In this document: piece by piece, positions 35,526 to 44,905 of the stretch
Position numbering within the stretch: the stretch's first letter is position 1
How the letters are laid out: every line of letters starts with the position of its first letter
Assembly (NCBI GenBank): GCA_035538515.1
Contig: DATLKF010000018.1
Location: 69,760 to 133,759, forward strand
Direction of reading: 5' to 3'
Origin: Gemmatimonadales bacterium
GTDB taxonomy: Bacteria > Gemmatimonadota > Gemmatimonadetes > Gemmatimonadales > GWC2-71-9
DNA: 64,000 nucleotides
The notes under the pieces: model-generated
Databases searched by the model: none
Seen by the model: the letters and a program-made list of their open reading frames with translations, nothing else
Told to the model about the DNA's origin: nothing
Program-made: the position numbers and the translations under genes

Positions 35526-37283
35526 TCAGAAGCGGTGGTCGAGTCGCAGCGTGAATCGCAACGGCTCGCCCGCGGTCACCGCCTTCGCGAAGTACATGCC
35601 CAGCCCGCCCCAATCGACGCCCAGGCCGAGATCCGCGAGCCAGCTTCCAAGCGTGGGGAGGCGGTCGGCAGGCAGCCGCCCGGGGCCAGTGCCGACGAGC
35701 CACGCCTGTCCCGCGTCGGCCAGCACGACGAGATCGGGCCCCTGCAGCGTGAGGAGCGACTTCGCCGCCTCGTCTTCGGGTGCCGCGGCGCCATAGGACC
35801 AGTGCAGCGAGATGTGGCCGCGATACTCGGCCTGCGCCAGGATCACGCGGTCGCACGCCGCGACCCCCGTACCCGCGAATGCGGGATCGATGATGTCGCC
35901 GTTGCAGCCGCTGTGGCGGAACCCGTATCCCGCGAGCGGATCCGGCCCGCCGATCGACCAGCGCCGCTGCAGCGGCAGCGGATCCCCGCCGATCCGGCCG
36001 CCCGCGAGGACCCGAAGATTCACGCGACCGGATGGGCTCACGCGGGTATAGCGGCGGAAATCGAGAAATAGTTCGCTGAACTGGTAGGAGCCATCCGTCG
36101 GGATCGCGCCCCGTACAGAGCTCGGGACGCCCGTCTGGGGTTTCACGTCCTTGGAACGGGAATTCTCGAATCGCCCGCGCAGCAGCCACCCGGCCGTCGG
36201 GTCGCGTTTATCGTTGCGGGTGTCGAAGGTCAGCGTGGCGCCGAGCGTCGTGTAGTGCCCGTCATCGATGGGCGGGTTGGGCCGCCAGGTTTGGTCGTTC
36301 CGGAACACGGTCCAGGGGTCGCGCGCGGTGACGCTCGTTTGCCAGTCGTGAGACCAGCCCAGATCCAGACGCAGCGACCGTTCCGGCTGCAGGAAGATCT
36401 TGGCCGCGAGTCCCTTGCTCAGGTAGTAATCACGGTAGTCGCGCTGAAACAGGAAGGCCGACCAGCCGACTTCGCCGCTGCGCAACCCCCAGTCCTCGAT
36501 CGGGGCGACGTCGTCAAAGGCGCGGAGCTCCAGGCCGTACGCCGGCGTGTCCCCGGAGCGCAGCTCGGTGCGGAGCAGGTACCCCAGGTCGCTGCGTTTG
36601 TCGGTGAAATTTCCCGCGGTTCGAAACACCCCGAAGGCGTCGACACGCAGCCGTACGTTGGGGTGCAGCTTCATGTCGAATGTAGGACCGAACACGATCG
36701 GCAGCCCCTCGACACGGTTGAACGTGCCGCCGGTGGCCAGGGTGAGCGACGAGCGCGAGTCGGCGGTACCCCACGACTTCTCGATCCCGAGGCTGCGAAG
36801 CCACAGGCGCAGGTCCGGCGGCGCGAGCGCGATGTCCTCGCCCTTGGTGCGGTAGGCGAGCGGCTCGGGGTAGAGGTGCACCTCGCCCCCGACGCTGGCC
36901 GCGGGGCTCCGCGCCGCCGTGCCACCGATCACGATCAGGTCGCCGGTGATCACGGCGCTGGAATCGAGGATCGCGTCGCCGTTGATGACGAGCAGCGTGC
37001 CTTCGATACGGCCGGCCACCAGGATGGCGCCGTTGCGTACCGCGACGTCACCGTGCCAGGCGTTGCCGCGCGGCAGCCGGGAGCGACCCACCAGCCGCGT
37101 GGTGGTGGGCGCGTTGTAGCGGCGCACCGCGTCCTCCGCGACGGCGCGGGGCAGCTCCGGCGGCCGCATCACCACGCCGCCGCTCTCCGGCTGGATCACG
37201 ATGGCGGTGTCCTGCGCGCCGGCCAAACCGGGAGCGAGGAGGGCGACGAGCAGCACGAAGACTGGGGCGCGCATAACGGGCAT
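35526..37283 (-). CDS. Outer-membrane protein: N-terminal bactofilin-like beta-helix fused to an Omp85/surface-antigen (D15) barrel
   Basis: It has the signal MPVMRAPVFVLLVALLAPGLAGA. GDVAVRNGAILVAGRIEGTLLVINGDAILDSSAVITGDLIVIGG is a polymer-forming/bactofilin-type repeat. A long beta-strand-rich C-terminal region ends in ...FTLRLDHRF, with a terminal Phe. No POTRA-like region was recognised. Confidence 0.7.
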   Translation of the reverse strand: MPVMRAPVFVLLVALLAPGLAGAQDTAIVIQPESGGVVMRPPELPRAVAEDAVRRYNAPTTTRLVGRSRLPRGNAWHGDVAVRNGAILVAGRIEGTLLVINGDAILDSSAVITGDLIVIGGTAARSPAASVGGEVHLYPEPLAYRTKGEDIALAPPDLRLWLRSLGIEKSWGTADSRSSLTLATGGTFNRVEGLPIVFGPTFDMKLHPNVRLRVDAFGVFRTAGNFTDKRSDLGYLLRTELRSGDTPAYGLELRAFDDVAPIEDWGLRSGEVGWSAFLFQRDYRDYYLSKGLAAKIFLQPERSLRLDLGWSHDWQTSVTARDPWTVFRNDQTWRPNPPIDDGHYTTLGATLTFDTRNDKRDPTAGWLLRGRFENSRSKDVKPQTGVPSSVRGAIPTDGSYQFSELFLDFRRYTRVSPSGRVNLRVLAGGRIGGDPLPLQRRWSIGGPDPLAGYGFRHSGCNGDIIDPAFAGTGVAACDRVILAQAEYRGHISLHWSYGAAAPEDEAAKSLLTLQGPDLVVLADAGQAWLVGTGPGRLPADRLPTLGSWLADLGLGVDWGGLGMYFAKAVTAGEPLRFTLRLDHRF

Positions 37284-37308
37284 CCTGATTAGGGCTGCGC
37301 GGCGGTCG

Positions 37309-37324
37309 TGCACGGGTCGTGCCG
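37309..37324 (-). promoter_or_regulatory. Candidate sigma54 (-24/-12) promoter
   Basis: The minus strand reads cGGCACGacccgTGCA against the consensus TGGCACG-N4-TTGCA, with correct GG-N10-GC spacing. It lies in the 106-nt gap between the NtrC-type regulator gene and the Omp85-like gene, about 25 nt upstream of ATG 37283. Confidence 0.6.
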
Positions 37325-37389
37325 GTCCCGGGCGCTGGCGCGGAGCACACCCGCGCGGTCGGCTGTACCTACACGACGCACCGATCGTG

Positions 37390-38763
37390 TCATCCCGCTA
37401 CGTTGCGTGGCGGCTCGAGGCCGAGTCGACGCATGCGGCGATACAGGTTGGCCCGGTCCGTGGCCAGTTTGCGAGCGGCGTCGGCGACGTTGCCCCGGGC
37501 GGCGGAGAGCGCCCGGGCGATGAGGGTCCGCTCGAAGCCGTCGAGCGCGTCGGTGAGCGCCACGTCGGTCCATCCGTCGGCCGGGACGGGCGGCGCGCCG
37601 TCCGAGGGCATCACTCGGGCGACGTCGTCCGCGCTCACCACGTCTCCCGCCGCGAGAATGGCGAGCCGCTCGATGATGTTCGCGAGCTCGCGCACGTTGC
37701 CCGGCCACGGGTAGGAGGCGAGCAGCTGCACGGCGCCGGTGTCGAAGCGCACCAGCCGGCCCAGGCGGGTCCCTTGCCGAGCGGCGAAGTGCTGTACCAG
37801 CGCCGGCACGTCGTCGGGCCGCTCGCGCAACGGCGGGATGTGGATCGGGAGCACGTTCAGCCGGAACAGCAGGTCGTCGCGGAACTGTCCCTGTTGCGAG
37901 GCCTTGGCCAGGTCCTTGTTGGTCGCCGCGATCACCCGGACATCCACCGTCTGCGGCTTTTCGCCTCCCAGCCGCTCGATCACTCCCGTCTCCAGCACGC
38001 GCAGCAACTTGGCCTGCGCCTCGGGCCCGAGGTCGCCGACCTCGTCCAGGAACAGCGTGCCGCCGTCCGCGAGCTCGAAGCGCCCTACGCGCCGCTCCGA
38101 GGCGCCGGTGAACGCCCCGCGCTCGTGCCCGAACATCTCCGATTCCACCAGGTCCTTGGGGATCGCCGCGCTGTTCACGCACACGAACGGCTTGGCGGCG
38201 CGGGCGCTCAGGCGATGGATGGCCGAGGCCACGAGCTCTTTGCCGGTGCCCGACTCGCCGGTGATCAGCACCCGCGCCTCCGTAGGCGCGACGCGCGCGA
38301 TCAGCCCCCGCAGCTCCTCCATCGCCTTGCTCACCCCCACGAGCGGATCGGCGTGTCCCAGTGCTTCGTGCAAGCGGCGATTCTCGGCCCGCGCGCGCGA
38401 CAGCTCGAGCGCTGCCCGCAACGTCGTCAGCACGCCTTCCGGGGTGAGCGGCTTCTCGAGGAACTGGAAGGCCCCGAGCTTGGTTGCCCGCACGGCGTCC
38501 GCCAGGGTGGCCTTGCCGCTCATCATCACTACCGGCAGGTCGGGGGCGAGCCGCTTGAGCTGCTCGAGCGTCGCGAGGCCGTCGGGCCCCCCCGGCATCA
38601 TGAGATCGAGCAGCACGGCGTCGGGCGGGTCGCGCTCCACGGCGGCGAGGGTCGCCGTCCCGTTCGCCGCTTCCGCGGTCTCGAACCCCTCGGACTCGAG
38701 CAGCGCGCCGACCATCTTGCGGATGTTTCCCTCGTCGTCGGCGAGGAGGACGCGCGGGCTCAT
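37390..38763 (-). CDS. Sigma54-dependent response regulator (NtrC family)
   Basis: It has a REC domain (LLADDEGNIRKMV...DLMMPG), an AAA+ domain with Walker A GESGTGKE and the GAFTGA loop (ERGAFTGA), and a C-terminal HTH. The ATG overlaps the kinase stop (ATGA). Confidence 0.9.
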   Translation of the reverse strand: MSPRVLLADDEGNIRKMVGALLESEGFETAEAANGTATLAAVERDPPDAVLLDLMMPGGPDGLATLEQLKRLAPDLPVVMMSGKATLADAVRATKLGAFQFLEKPLTPEGVLTTLRAALELSRARAENRRLHEALGHADPLVGVSKAMEELRGLIARVAPTEARVLITGESGTGKELVASAIHRLSARAAKPFVCVNSAAIPKDLVESEMFGHERGAFTGASERRVGRFELADGGTLFLDEVGDLGPEAQAKLLRVLETGVIERLGGEKPQTVDVRVIAATNKDLAKASQQGQFRDDLLFRLNVLPIHIPPLRERPDDVPALVQHFAARQGTRLGRLVRFDTGAVQLLASYPWPGNVRELANIIERLAILAAGDVVSADDVARVMPSDGAPPVPADGWTDVALTDALDGFERTLIARALSAARGNVADAARKLATDRANLYRRMRRLGLEPPRNVAG

Positions 38764-39953
38764 GCGGCGGACAGCACGATGGAGAACGTGGCGCCGCCCC
38801 CCGGGGTCTCGCCCACGGTGATCGTGCCGCTGTGCGCCTCGATCGTCTGCCGCACCAGCGCGAGCCCCAACCCCGTACCGTCCTGCTTCGTGGTGAAGTA
38901 CGGCTCGAACACCCGCTGGCGCAACTCGTCGGGGATGCCGGGCCCGTGGTCCGCGATCGACACGACCAGGCCGGCGCCGTCGCGGTTCACCCACACGTCG
39001 ATCGCGCCGCGACCACGCATCGCCTCCGACGCATTGCGCAGCAGATTCGCGAACGCCCGCCGCAGCGGCTCGTAGTAGCCGAGCAGCCGACAGGGCTCGC
39101 CGTTCGCGTGCACCGACACCTCCACCTCCGCGGGCACGGCGCTCTTCCCGAGGTCCATCAGCAGATCTACGAGATCCACCTCGCTCTTCGGTCCTTCCGG
39201 TAGCCGGCCAAATTCGGAGAACTCCTTTGCGAGTTGCTCGAGCCGCTGTGTCTCGGCGGACAGAACGTCCACCGCCACGACGGTCCGACTGTCCGACTCT
39301 CCGACTGTCCGACCGAGCTGATCCACGGCGATGCGCATGGCGGTGAGGGGGTTCTTGATCTCATGCGCGACCCGGCGGGCTACCTCACGGAACGCGCGCA
39401 GCCGCTCGGCCTCGAGCTCGCGCTCGCGCGCCGCGTCGAGTGCCGTCGCGAGCTCCCGCAGCGCTTGGCGCAGCGCCTCGAATTCCGGCGCTCCACGTGT
39501 GGGCGGCCCGGCGGGGAGCGGCATCCGCCGCCGGATCAGCCGGGTCCACCCCACCAGTTCGTCGATCGGCCGCGACAGCTGGCGCGACAGATGCCCCACC
39601 ATCCGCACCGCGGCGATCACCACGACTCCCCCGAACACGATGACGACGGCCGCGAACCCGCCGGCGTAGTAGCGCAGGTACGTCTCGGCGCGTCGCGCCA
39701 GGGTGACCGAGTTGGAGAGCTGCGTCAGGTGCTGGCGCAGCGCCGCCCGCTCGCGCGGTGTGAGCTGGGTGGTGTCCATCCGCTCCACCATCTGCCGCGC
39801 CGACGCCGCCGTCTCCTCGAGTGCGACGCGGGCACCCGCCGAGGGGGCTACCGTGCGCACCGCCAGGGCCCAACCCACCACCGCCAGCGCGGTCGGCACC
39901 GCGGTCAGCGCGACCAGGATCACAAAGATCCGCTGGCGGAAGGGAAGCGGCAT
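38760..39953 (-). CDS. Sensor histidine kinase (2 TM, HAMP, HisKA, HATPase_c)
   Basis: The H-box is VAHEIKNPLTAM, the N-box is LLRNASEAM, and the G-boxes are DHGPGIP and GTGLGLA. Confidence 0.9.
   Translation of the reverse strand: MPLPFRQRIFVILVALTAVPTALAVVGWALAVRTVAPSAGARVALEETAASARQMVERMDTTQLTPRERAALRQHLTQLSNSVTLARRAETYLRYYAGGFAAVVIVFGGVVVIAAVRMVGHLSRQLSRPIDELVGWTRLIRRRMPLPAGPPTRGAPEFEALRQALRELATALDAARERELEAERLRAFREVARRVAHEIKNPLTAMRIAVDQLGRTVGESDSRTVVAVDVLSAETQRLEQLAKEFSEFGRLPEGPKSEVDLVDLLMDLGKSAVPAEVEVSVHANGEPCRLLGYYEPLRRAFANLLRNASEAMRGRGAIDVWVNRDGAGLVVSIADHGPGIPDELRQRVFEPYFTTKQDGTGLGLALVRQTIEAHSGTITVGETPGGGATFSIVLSAA
39282..39313. repeat. Four tandem 8-nt units (CAGTCGGA family) inside the kinase coding region, locus H
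   Basis: ggtccgac tgtccgac tctccgac tgtccgac on the plus strand is translated as GRTVGESDSRTV. This segment follows the H-box helix directly. Confidence 0.8.
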
Positions 39954-40012
39954 ATTGATGGGACCAATCTAGGAAACTGGCCGTGGTGTGACAATTCGAC
40001 ACAGGAGAACAA

Positions 40013-40124
40013 AGTGCGGAATGTGGAATGCGGAGTGCGGAATTGATTGAGTAGGATCGATCCTCGAGCTCGCGATCGGATCTCGGCACTGACATTCCGC
40101 ATTCCGCACTTCGCATTCCGCACT
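40013..40124. repeat. Hairpin of tandem 7-nt units (AATGCGG variant), locus I
   Basis: agtgcggaatgtggaatgcggagtgcggaat (40013-40043) faces cattccgcattccgcacttcgcattccgcact (40093-40124). The loop itself contains the small palindromes aggatcgatcct and cgagctcg. It ends 15 nt before the yjbQ-like ATG. Confidence 0.85.
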
Positions 40125-40139
40125 CTTGAGGAGGGTCGG

Positions 40140-40559
40140 ATGAAATCCCATACCCATTACCTCTGGTTCAACACGAAGCAGCGCCAGGAGATCATCGACA
40201 TCACCGATCAGGTCGCGGCGCAGGTACGGGACAGCGGGGTGGCGGAAGGCCTCGCCTTGGTGAGCGCCATGCACATCACGGCGTCCGTGTTCGTGAACGA
40301 TCACGAGTCGGGGTTGTGGTCGGACATCCTCAAGTGGCTGGAGACCACGGTGGCGCCGTGGGATCCGAAGCGGTACCGGCACAACGAGACGGGGGAGGAC
40401 AATGCAGCGGCGCACCTGCGCAGTCTCACCATCGGGCACGAGGTGATCGTGCCGGTCACGAAGGGGGCTCTGGACCTAGGGCCGTGGCAGCGCGTGTTCT
40501 ACGGGGAGTGGGATGGGCAGCGGAAGAAGCGTGTCATCATCAAGGTGCTCGGGGAGTAG
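40140..40559 (+). CDS. YjbQ/UPF0047 family protein (secondary thiamine-phosphate synthase)
   Basis: The SD is gaggaggg. [25 protein letters not shown]...[15 protein letters not shown]...[11 protein letters not shown] matches the YjbQ pattern. Confidence 0.8.
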   Translation: MKSHTHYLWFNTKQRQEIIDITDQVAAQVRDSGVAEGLALVSAMHITASVFVNDHESGLWSDILKWLETTVAPWDPKRYRHNETGEDNAAAHLRSLTIGHEVIVPVTKGALDLGPWQRVFYGEWDGQRKKRVIIKVLGE

Positions 40560-41583
40560 ATGCCGTGTCTACCGAAACCAAGCGCGCCTCCTGTCGCCAG
40601 TCCCCGGAGTCCGGGTCCGACGACGTTTGCTGCCTCATGATGACCCAGTGCCGATCCTTGCTGACCCAGACAATGGACTTCCTGTCGTCTTCTCGTACCT
40701 CGACCTTCCAGCAATCGAAGCTTCCGGCGGGCACGGTGACTCGTTGCGCGCCCGTTACGCGAAGGTCAAGCGGTGTGAATGCGGGTAACCAGCTGGTCAC
40801 GGTGATCCAGTTCACCGTGTAGACGCTGCCGCGCCAACCGCGCGCGAGGGGTAGCGCCGGCGCGAGCACCTCGAGCGAGTAGGGCGACCACGAAATCAGG
40901 TACGGAGTGTCGGCGGGCCCTGGAAGAGCGGCGGCTCCTTGAACGCGTTGTTCCGTGGGCGGCATGCCGCTGTTGCGCTGCTCGCTGACACTGTCCGGAG
41001 CGAACTCCCGAATCAACAGGCCCTGCTTCCCGTAGCGTGCGTGGCGCAGCGGTCGCAGCGTGGCAGGGTCGACGAACACCGTCTCGGCTGTTGAGGACCC
41101 CATTACCACCCAGGCGGGCCGTCCCTGGTAGCTCCCAGCCGCAACCGTGATAACGCGCTGGCCCTGCGGGCTGGTGAACACGCCATCAGTGATCCAATGC
41201 TGCTCGTATGTCCAGCGGCCAGCACCAACCTGAGTCGGGTCGACATCCGCGAGCAACGGATACCGTGGCGATCGAGCTCGCTGCGTCGCTTCATGACCGA
41301 AGGCCGGCGAAGGAAGGAAGGGACTGCCGTCTCCCATCCAAAACTCCGGCGGCGCGTGCTGATGCACGGCGCGCGGCCTCAGCGCCTCGAAGGCAAACCA
41401 CGTCACACCGAGGAGCGCCGCAGCGACAGCCGCGTAGCGCAGGGGGCGGGAGAGCATGTTGCCCATTTCGACGGCGGGCAGCATGACACTCGCTCCGCTC
41501 GCGCGACTTGCGAGGATCCGCGCCAGCAGTTCGCCTGGCGGCTCGGGAGCCGGCAACTGGCGAAGCTCTGTCCTCCAACTCAT
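40540..41583 (-). CDS. Anti-sigma factor with large periplasmic domain (possibly DUF3108-like)
   Basis: The ATG overlaps the ECF sigma stop (ATGA). It has a short cytoplasmic N-terminus, one TM ([16 protein letters not shown]) and a roughly 270-aa extracytoplasmic domain. The function follows from its position after an ECF sigma gene. Confidence 0.65.
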   Translation of the reverse strand: MSWRTELRQLPAPEPPGELLARILASRASGASVMLPAVEMGNMLSRPLRYAAVAAALLGVTWFAFEALRPRAVHQHAPPEFWMGDGSPFLPSPAFGHEATQRARSPRYPLLADVDPTQVGAGRWTYEQHWITDGVFTSPQGQRVITVAAGSYQGRPAWVVMGSSTAETVFVDPATLRPLRHARYGKQGLLIREFAPDSVSEQRNSGMPPTEQRVQGAAALPGPADTPYLISWSPYSLEVLAPALPLARGWRGSVYTVNWITVTSWLPAFTPLDLRVTGAQRVTVPAGSFDCWKVEVREDDRKSIVWVSKDRHWVIMRQQTSSDPDSGDWRQEARLVSVDTASTPRAP

Positions 41584-42113
41584 CGCCCGTTCTCCAAAGC
41601 AGTGCGCAAACGTCTCAACGCCCTGTTCAGTCTCACACGCGACGCCGCTCCGCTGATCCCCAGCAACTCGCCAACCTCGGCGTGCGAATAGCCTTCGATC
41701 TCCTTGAGTACGAGCACCGAGTGGAGCGGATGGGGCAGCGCGTCTACGGCCGCTTGTAGCGCAATCGCGTCCGTGGCGCTCGCCGGATTGGTCGCGGGCT
41801 CCGCAGCGTCGAGCGAGACCTCGCGGCGGCGCCCTCGACGCCGTAGCCGCATCAACGCGACGCGGGCTGTGACCCGCTTCAGCCATCCGACAAAAGCCCC
41901 GCGCTCCTCGTAATGACTGAGCGCCTCGGGGAGGCCGACGAACACGTCGTGCACCACGTCCTCGGCGTCTTCATGGGTGCCCGTCAGCCGGTACGCGAGG
42001 CGGAACAGGGCCGCCCCGTAAGCCGTGTACAGCTCAGCGAGCGCGTCCGGGCTGCCCGCGCGGATCGCGTCAATCGACGCTCCGGAGCCTCCCTGTGTCG
42101 CGCCGGCGCTCAT
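41580..42113 (-). CDS. ECF-type RNA polymerase sigma factor
   Basis: Region 2 is LFRLAYRLTGTHEDAEDVVHDVFV. Region 4 is VLKEIEGYSHAEVGELLGISGAASRVRLNRA. The start was taken at ATG 42113; the track uses GTG 42164. Confidence 0.85.
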   Translation of the reverse strand: MSAGATQGGSGASIDAIRAGSPDALAELYTAYGAALFRLAYRLTGTHEDAEDVVHDVFVGLPEALSHYEERGAFVGWLKRVTARVALMRLRRRGRRREVSLDAAEPATNPASATDAIALQAAVDALPHPLHSVLVLKEIEGYSHAEVGELLGISGAASRVRLNRALRRLRTALENGR

Positions 42114-42548
42114 CGCTCTGATCTCCAATGCCGTTGCGATGCCAAACGTTACGCTTCGAGCCACGGCTGCCCCCCCCGCCCCCAGGCTCCGACTGTTCCT
42201 TTTGGTGCAAGTTGTTTATTTTCAAGCTACTGATCGCGCGGCCGGCCGGGACGGCGTCATGTCTACCCGGCAGCGCCTGGCCAGCCCGGCCAGATCGCCG
42301 GGACTTGCAGCAGGCGCGCCGAGGTGGGGTTGGCGACTTTCCCGCAACAAGTCCCGCTGCGCACGACCTTTACTGGCGACCTATACCACGATTTCGCTTT
42401 ACTCACCTGTCGCCTCCGCTGAGGCGCCCCGATGCGGGCATCCCAGCGATCACCGTCCTCGCCCCTGCCACTTCCGTGCGTCCCGTCCAATGATGGTCCG
42501 ACCTGGTGCGCGGGCGCGGCGCGGACAACTGGAGCAAGACACAACCAC

Positions 42549-44318
42549 ATGACACCACAGCCACAAGCGCATTTGCCTCGACCGGTTCACCACGAGCCTC
42601 CCGCCCACGCGCCCAACGCGGCGCTGCTGATCGACTTCGACAATGTGACGATGGCCATCCGCTCGGACCTTCAGACGGAGTTGAAGCGTCTGCTCCAGTC
42701 CGACATCATCCGCGGCAAGGTCGCGGTGCAGCGCGCCTACGCCGACTGGCGGCGCTACCAGCAGTACGTCGTGCCTCTGGCCGAATCGTCCATCGATCTG
42801 ATCTTCGCGCCGGCGTACGGCTCCAACAAGAAAAACGCCACCGACATCCGGCTCGCGATCGACGCCCTCGAGCTGGTGTTCACCCGACCCGAGATCGGGA
42901 CGTTCATCCTGCTGTCGGGCGATTCGGACTTCTCGGCGCTGGTCCTGAAGCTGAAAGAGTACGGCAAGTACGTGATCGGGGTGGGAATCCGCGAGTCGTC
43001 GAGCGACCTGCTGATTCAAAACTGCGACGAGTACTACTCCTACAACGAGCTGGCCGGGTTCACCAAGGAAAGCGACGTCACCTACGAGCGGCACGATCCC
43101 TGGGAGCTGGTGGTCGAAGCGGTGAAGCAAATGACCGCCCACAACGACGTGATGCGCTCCGACCGCTTGAAGCAGGTGATGCAAGAGATCGACCCGACTT
43201 TCAACGAAAAGGACGTCGGGTTCTCGCGCTTCTCGAAGTTCGTGGTGGAAGCCGCCCACAAGGGCCTCATCAACCTCACCAAGCTCGACAACGGTCAATA
43301 CGAGATCGGCCTCGGACCCGGTGTGCCGGGCGCGGCGGCGCAGCCCGCGGGTGTGGCGGCCCCCGCCCCAGAGCGGCCGCGGGAGCGCGCGCGCTCCGAG
43401 GGCCGTGGGCGCGGCGGAGCTGGTGGGGAATCGCGCCGCGCGGGTTTCTCGCTGGACGGTGCCTTCGGCCTCATCAAGCAGGCCATCGGCCGACTGGGTG
43501 GCGATGCCCGCCCGCTCAGTGCCGAGGAGCTCGGCGAGGCGATGGCCGAGATCAAGGGCGACGACCAACCGGTGGAGCCGGCCCAGGTGCAGAAGCTGCT
43601 GCGCCAGGCGCACGACCGCGAGCTGATCGACCTCTCGAAGGAAGACAACGGCGCGTACACCGTGAAGCTGCGGGACGGAGCCCCCGTCGCGAGCGACGCG
43701 GACGAAGCGCTCGATCCTCCCATGCCGGAGTCGTCGGCACCGCCGTCCATGCGGCCCGCCCCCGCCTCCGCGGGCGGCATTCCGTCGCGCAGCGCGCGGT
43801 TCCGCCGCGGCTCGCGCGGACCGCGTGTCGCGTCTCCCGAAGTTCCGAGAATCGGGGTCGTCGAAGTGGATCCGAACTTCAAGCCGCGGATCGAGCTGCT
43901 GCCGCCCAAGCCCCCAGCTCCTTCGAGTCCGCCACCGTTCGCTGACGCAGCAACCGAGGACGACGATCGCCGCGAACGCCGGGGCGGAAGGGGTCGCGGC
44001 GGCCGGGGTCGCGGGGATCGGGAGCGCTCGGACCTGAGTGAGCGGCCGGAGCGCGGTGAACGGGGTGGCCGTGGTCGCCGCGGTGGACGGGGACGAAGTG
44101 GGGGTGGGGGTGGTCGGGGCCGGGGTGCTGACGGCCGCACGGAGCCCCAAGGGTCCTACGAGTCTCCCAGGACGGCCGCTTCCGAGCCGCCGGCTGCAAC
44201 GGCTCCATCGCCGGCCCCCACTCCGCCCCCGAAGCCGCCGGTGCCGGAATCCGATCTCGGGCATGACGGCGAGTCGTTCTGGTCCCGGGTGAAACGCGGG
44301 CTCACCGGCGGGACGTGA
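42549..44318 (+). CDS. NYN (LabA-like) domain protein with OST-HTH/LOTUS region(s) and C-terminal Arg/Gly-rich tail
   Basis: ALLIDFDNV...NKKNATDIRLAIDALE...ILLSGDSDFSALVLKLKEYGKYVIGVG is the NYN core. Helical LOTUS-like segments follow. The tail is RRERRGGRGRGGRGRGDRER...GGRGRRGGRGRSGGGGGRGRG. Confidence 0.75.
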   Translation: MTPQPQAHLPRPVHHEPPAHAPNAALLIDFDNVTMAIRSDLQTELKRLLQSDIIRGKVAVQRAYADWRRYQQYVVPLAESSIDLIFAPAYGSNKKNATDIRLAIDALELVFTRPEIGTFILLSGDSDFSALVLKLKEYGKYVIGVGIRESSSDLLIQNCDEYYSYNELAGFTKESDVTYERHDPWELVVEAVKQMTAHNDVMRSDRLKQVMQEIDPTFNEKDVGFSRFSKFVVEAAHKGLINLTKLDNGQYEIGLGPGVPGAAAQPAGVAAPAPERPRERARSEGRGRGGAGGESRRAGFSLDGAFGLIKQAIGRLGGDARPLSAEELGEAMAEIKGDDQPVEPAQVQKLLRQAHDRELIDLSKEDNGAYTVKLRDGAPVASDADEALDPPMPESSAPPSMRPAPASAGGIPSRSARFRRGSRGPRVASPEVPRIGVVEVDPNFKPRIELLPPKPPAPSSPPPFADAATEDDDRRERRGGRGRGGRGRGDRERSDLSERPERGERGGRGRRGGRGRSGGGGGRGRGADGRTEPQGSYESPRTAASEPPAATAPSPAPTPPPKPPVPESDLGHDGESFWSRVKRGLTGGT

Positions 44319-44905
44319 GCGGGCCAGCCCTGCCCGCGTCGTTCTACGCGCGACCCACTTCCGAGGTCGCGCGTAGACTTTTGGGACAGGTCCTGCTGAG
44401 CGAGATCGGGGGTCGCCGCACCGCCGGTCGGATCGTCGAGACGGAGGCGTATCTCGGGACGCCCGACCCGGCGTCTCACGGCTACGGCGGTCGCCGCACG
44501 CGTCGCAACGCCAGTCTGTTCGCCCGCCCGGGCACGGCGTACGTCTACTTCACCTACGGCATGCACTGGTGCCTCAATGCCGTGACGGAGCGCGCGGGCG
44601 TTCCGACCGCCGTGCTGATCCGCGCGCTCGAGCCGCTCCTGGGCCTCCCGATCATGCGCCGGCGGCGCGGCGGAGGGCGGGTCGCCGACCGTGAGCTGTG
44701 CTCCGGTCCCGCCAAGCTGTGCCAGGCGCTAGGCGTCACCGGCCGCGAGGACGGGATCCCGCTGACGCGGGGGCGGCTGCGCGTGCTCAGGGATCACTCG
44801 CGACAGCGTTACGCCATCACTGTGACACCACGAATCGGCATCACCCAGGCGGCCGACTGGCCGCTGCGGTTCATTATCGAGGGTTCGCGGTGGGTTTCCC
44901 GCTAG
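44315..44905 (+). CDS. mpg: DNA-3-methyladenine glycosylase (Mpg/AAG family)
   Basis: FYARPTSEVARRLLGQVL, GRIVETEAYLG..DPASH and AYVYFTYGMHWCLN. GTGA overlap with the upstream gene. Confidence 0.85.
   Translation: MSGPALPASFYARPTSEVARRLLGQVLLSEIGGRRTAGRIVETEAYLGTPDPASHGYGGRRTRRNASLFARPGTAYVYFTYGMHWCLNAVTERAGVPTAVLIRALEPLLGLPIMRRRRGGGRVADRELCSGPAKLCQALGVTGREDGIPLTRGRLRVLRDHSRQRYAITVTPRIGITQAADWPLRFIIEGSRWVSR

Noticed and set aside
42165-42260. ECF-type autoregulatory promoter (GGAAC...CGT) upstream of the sigma factor gene.
   Set aside because: A GGAAC is present on the minus strand (aaaggaacagtcgg). The sequence at the expected 16-17-nt spacing is a G-run without a convincing CGT -10 element, so it is not reported as a feature.
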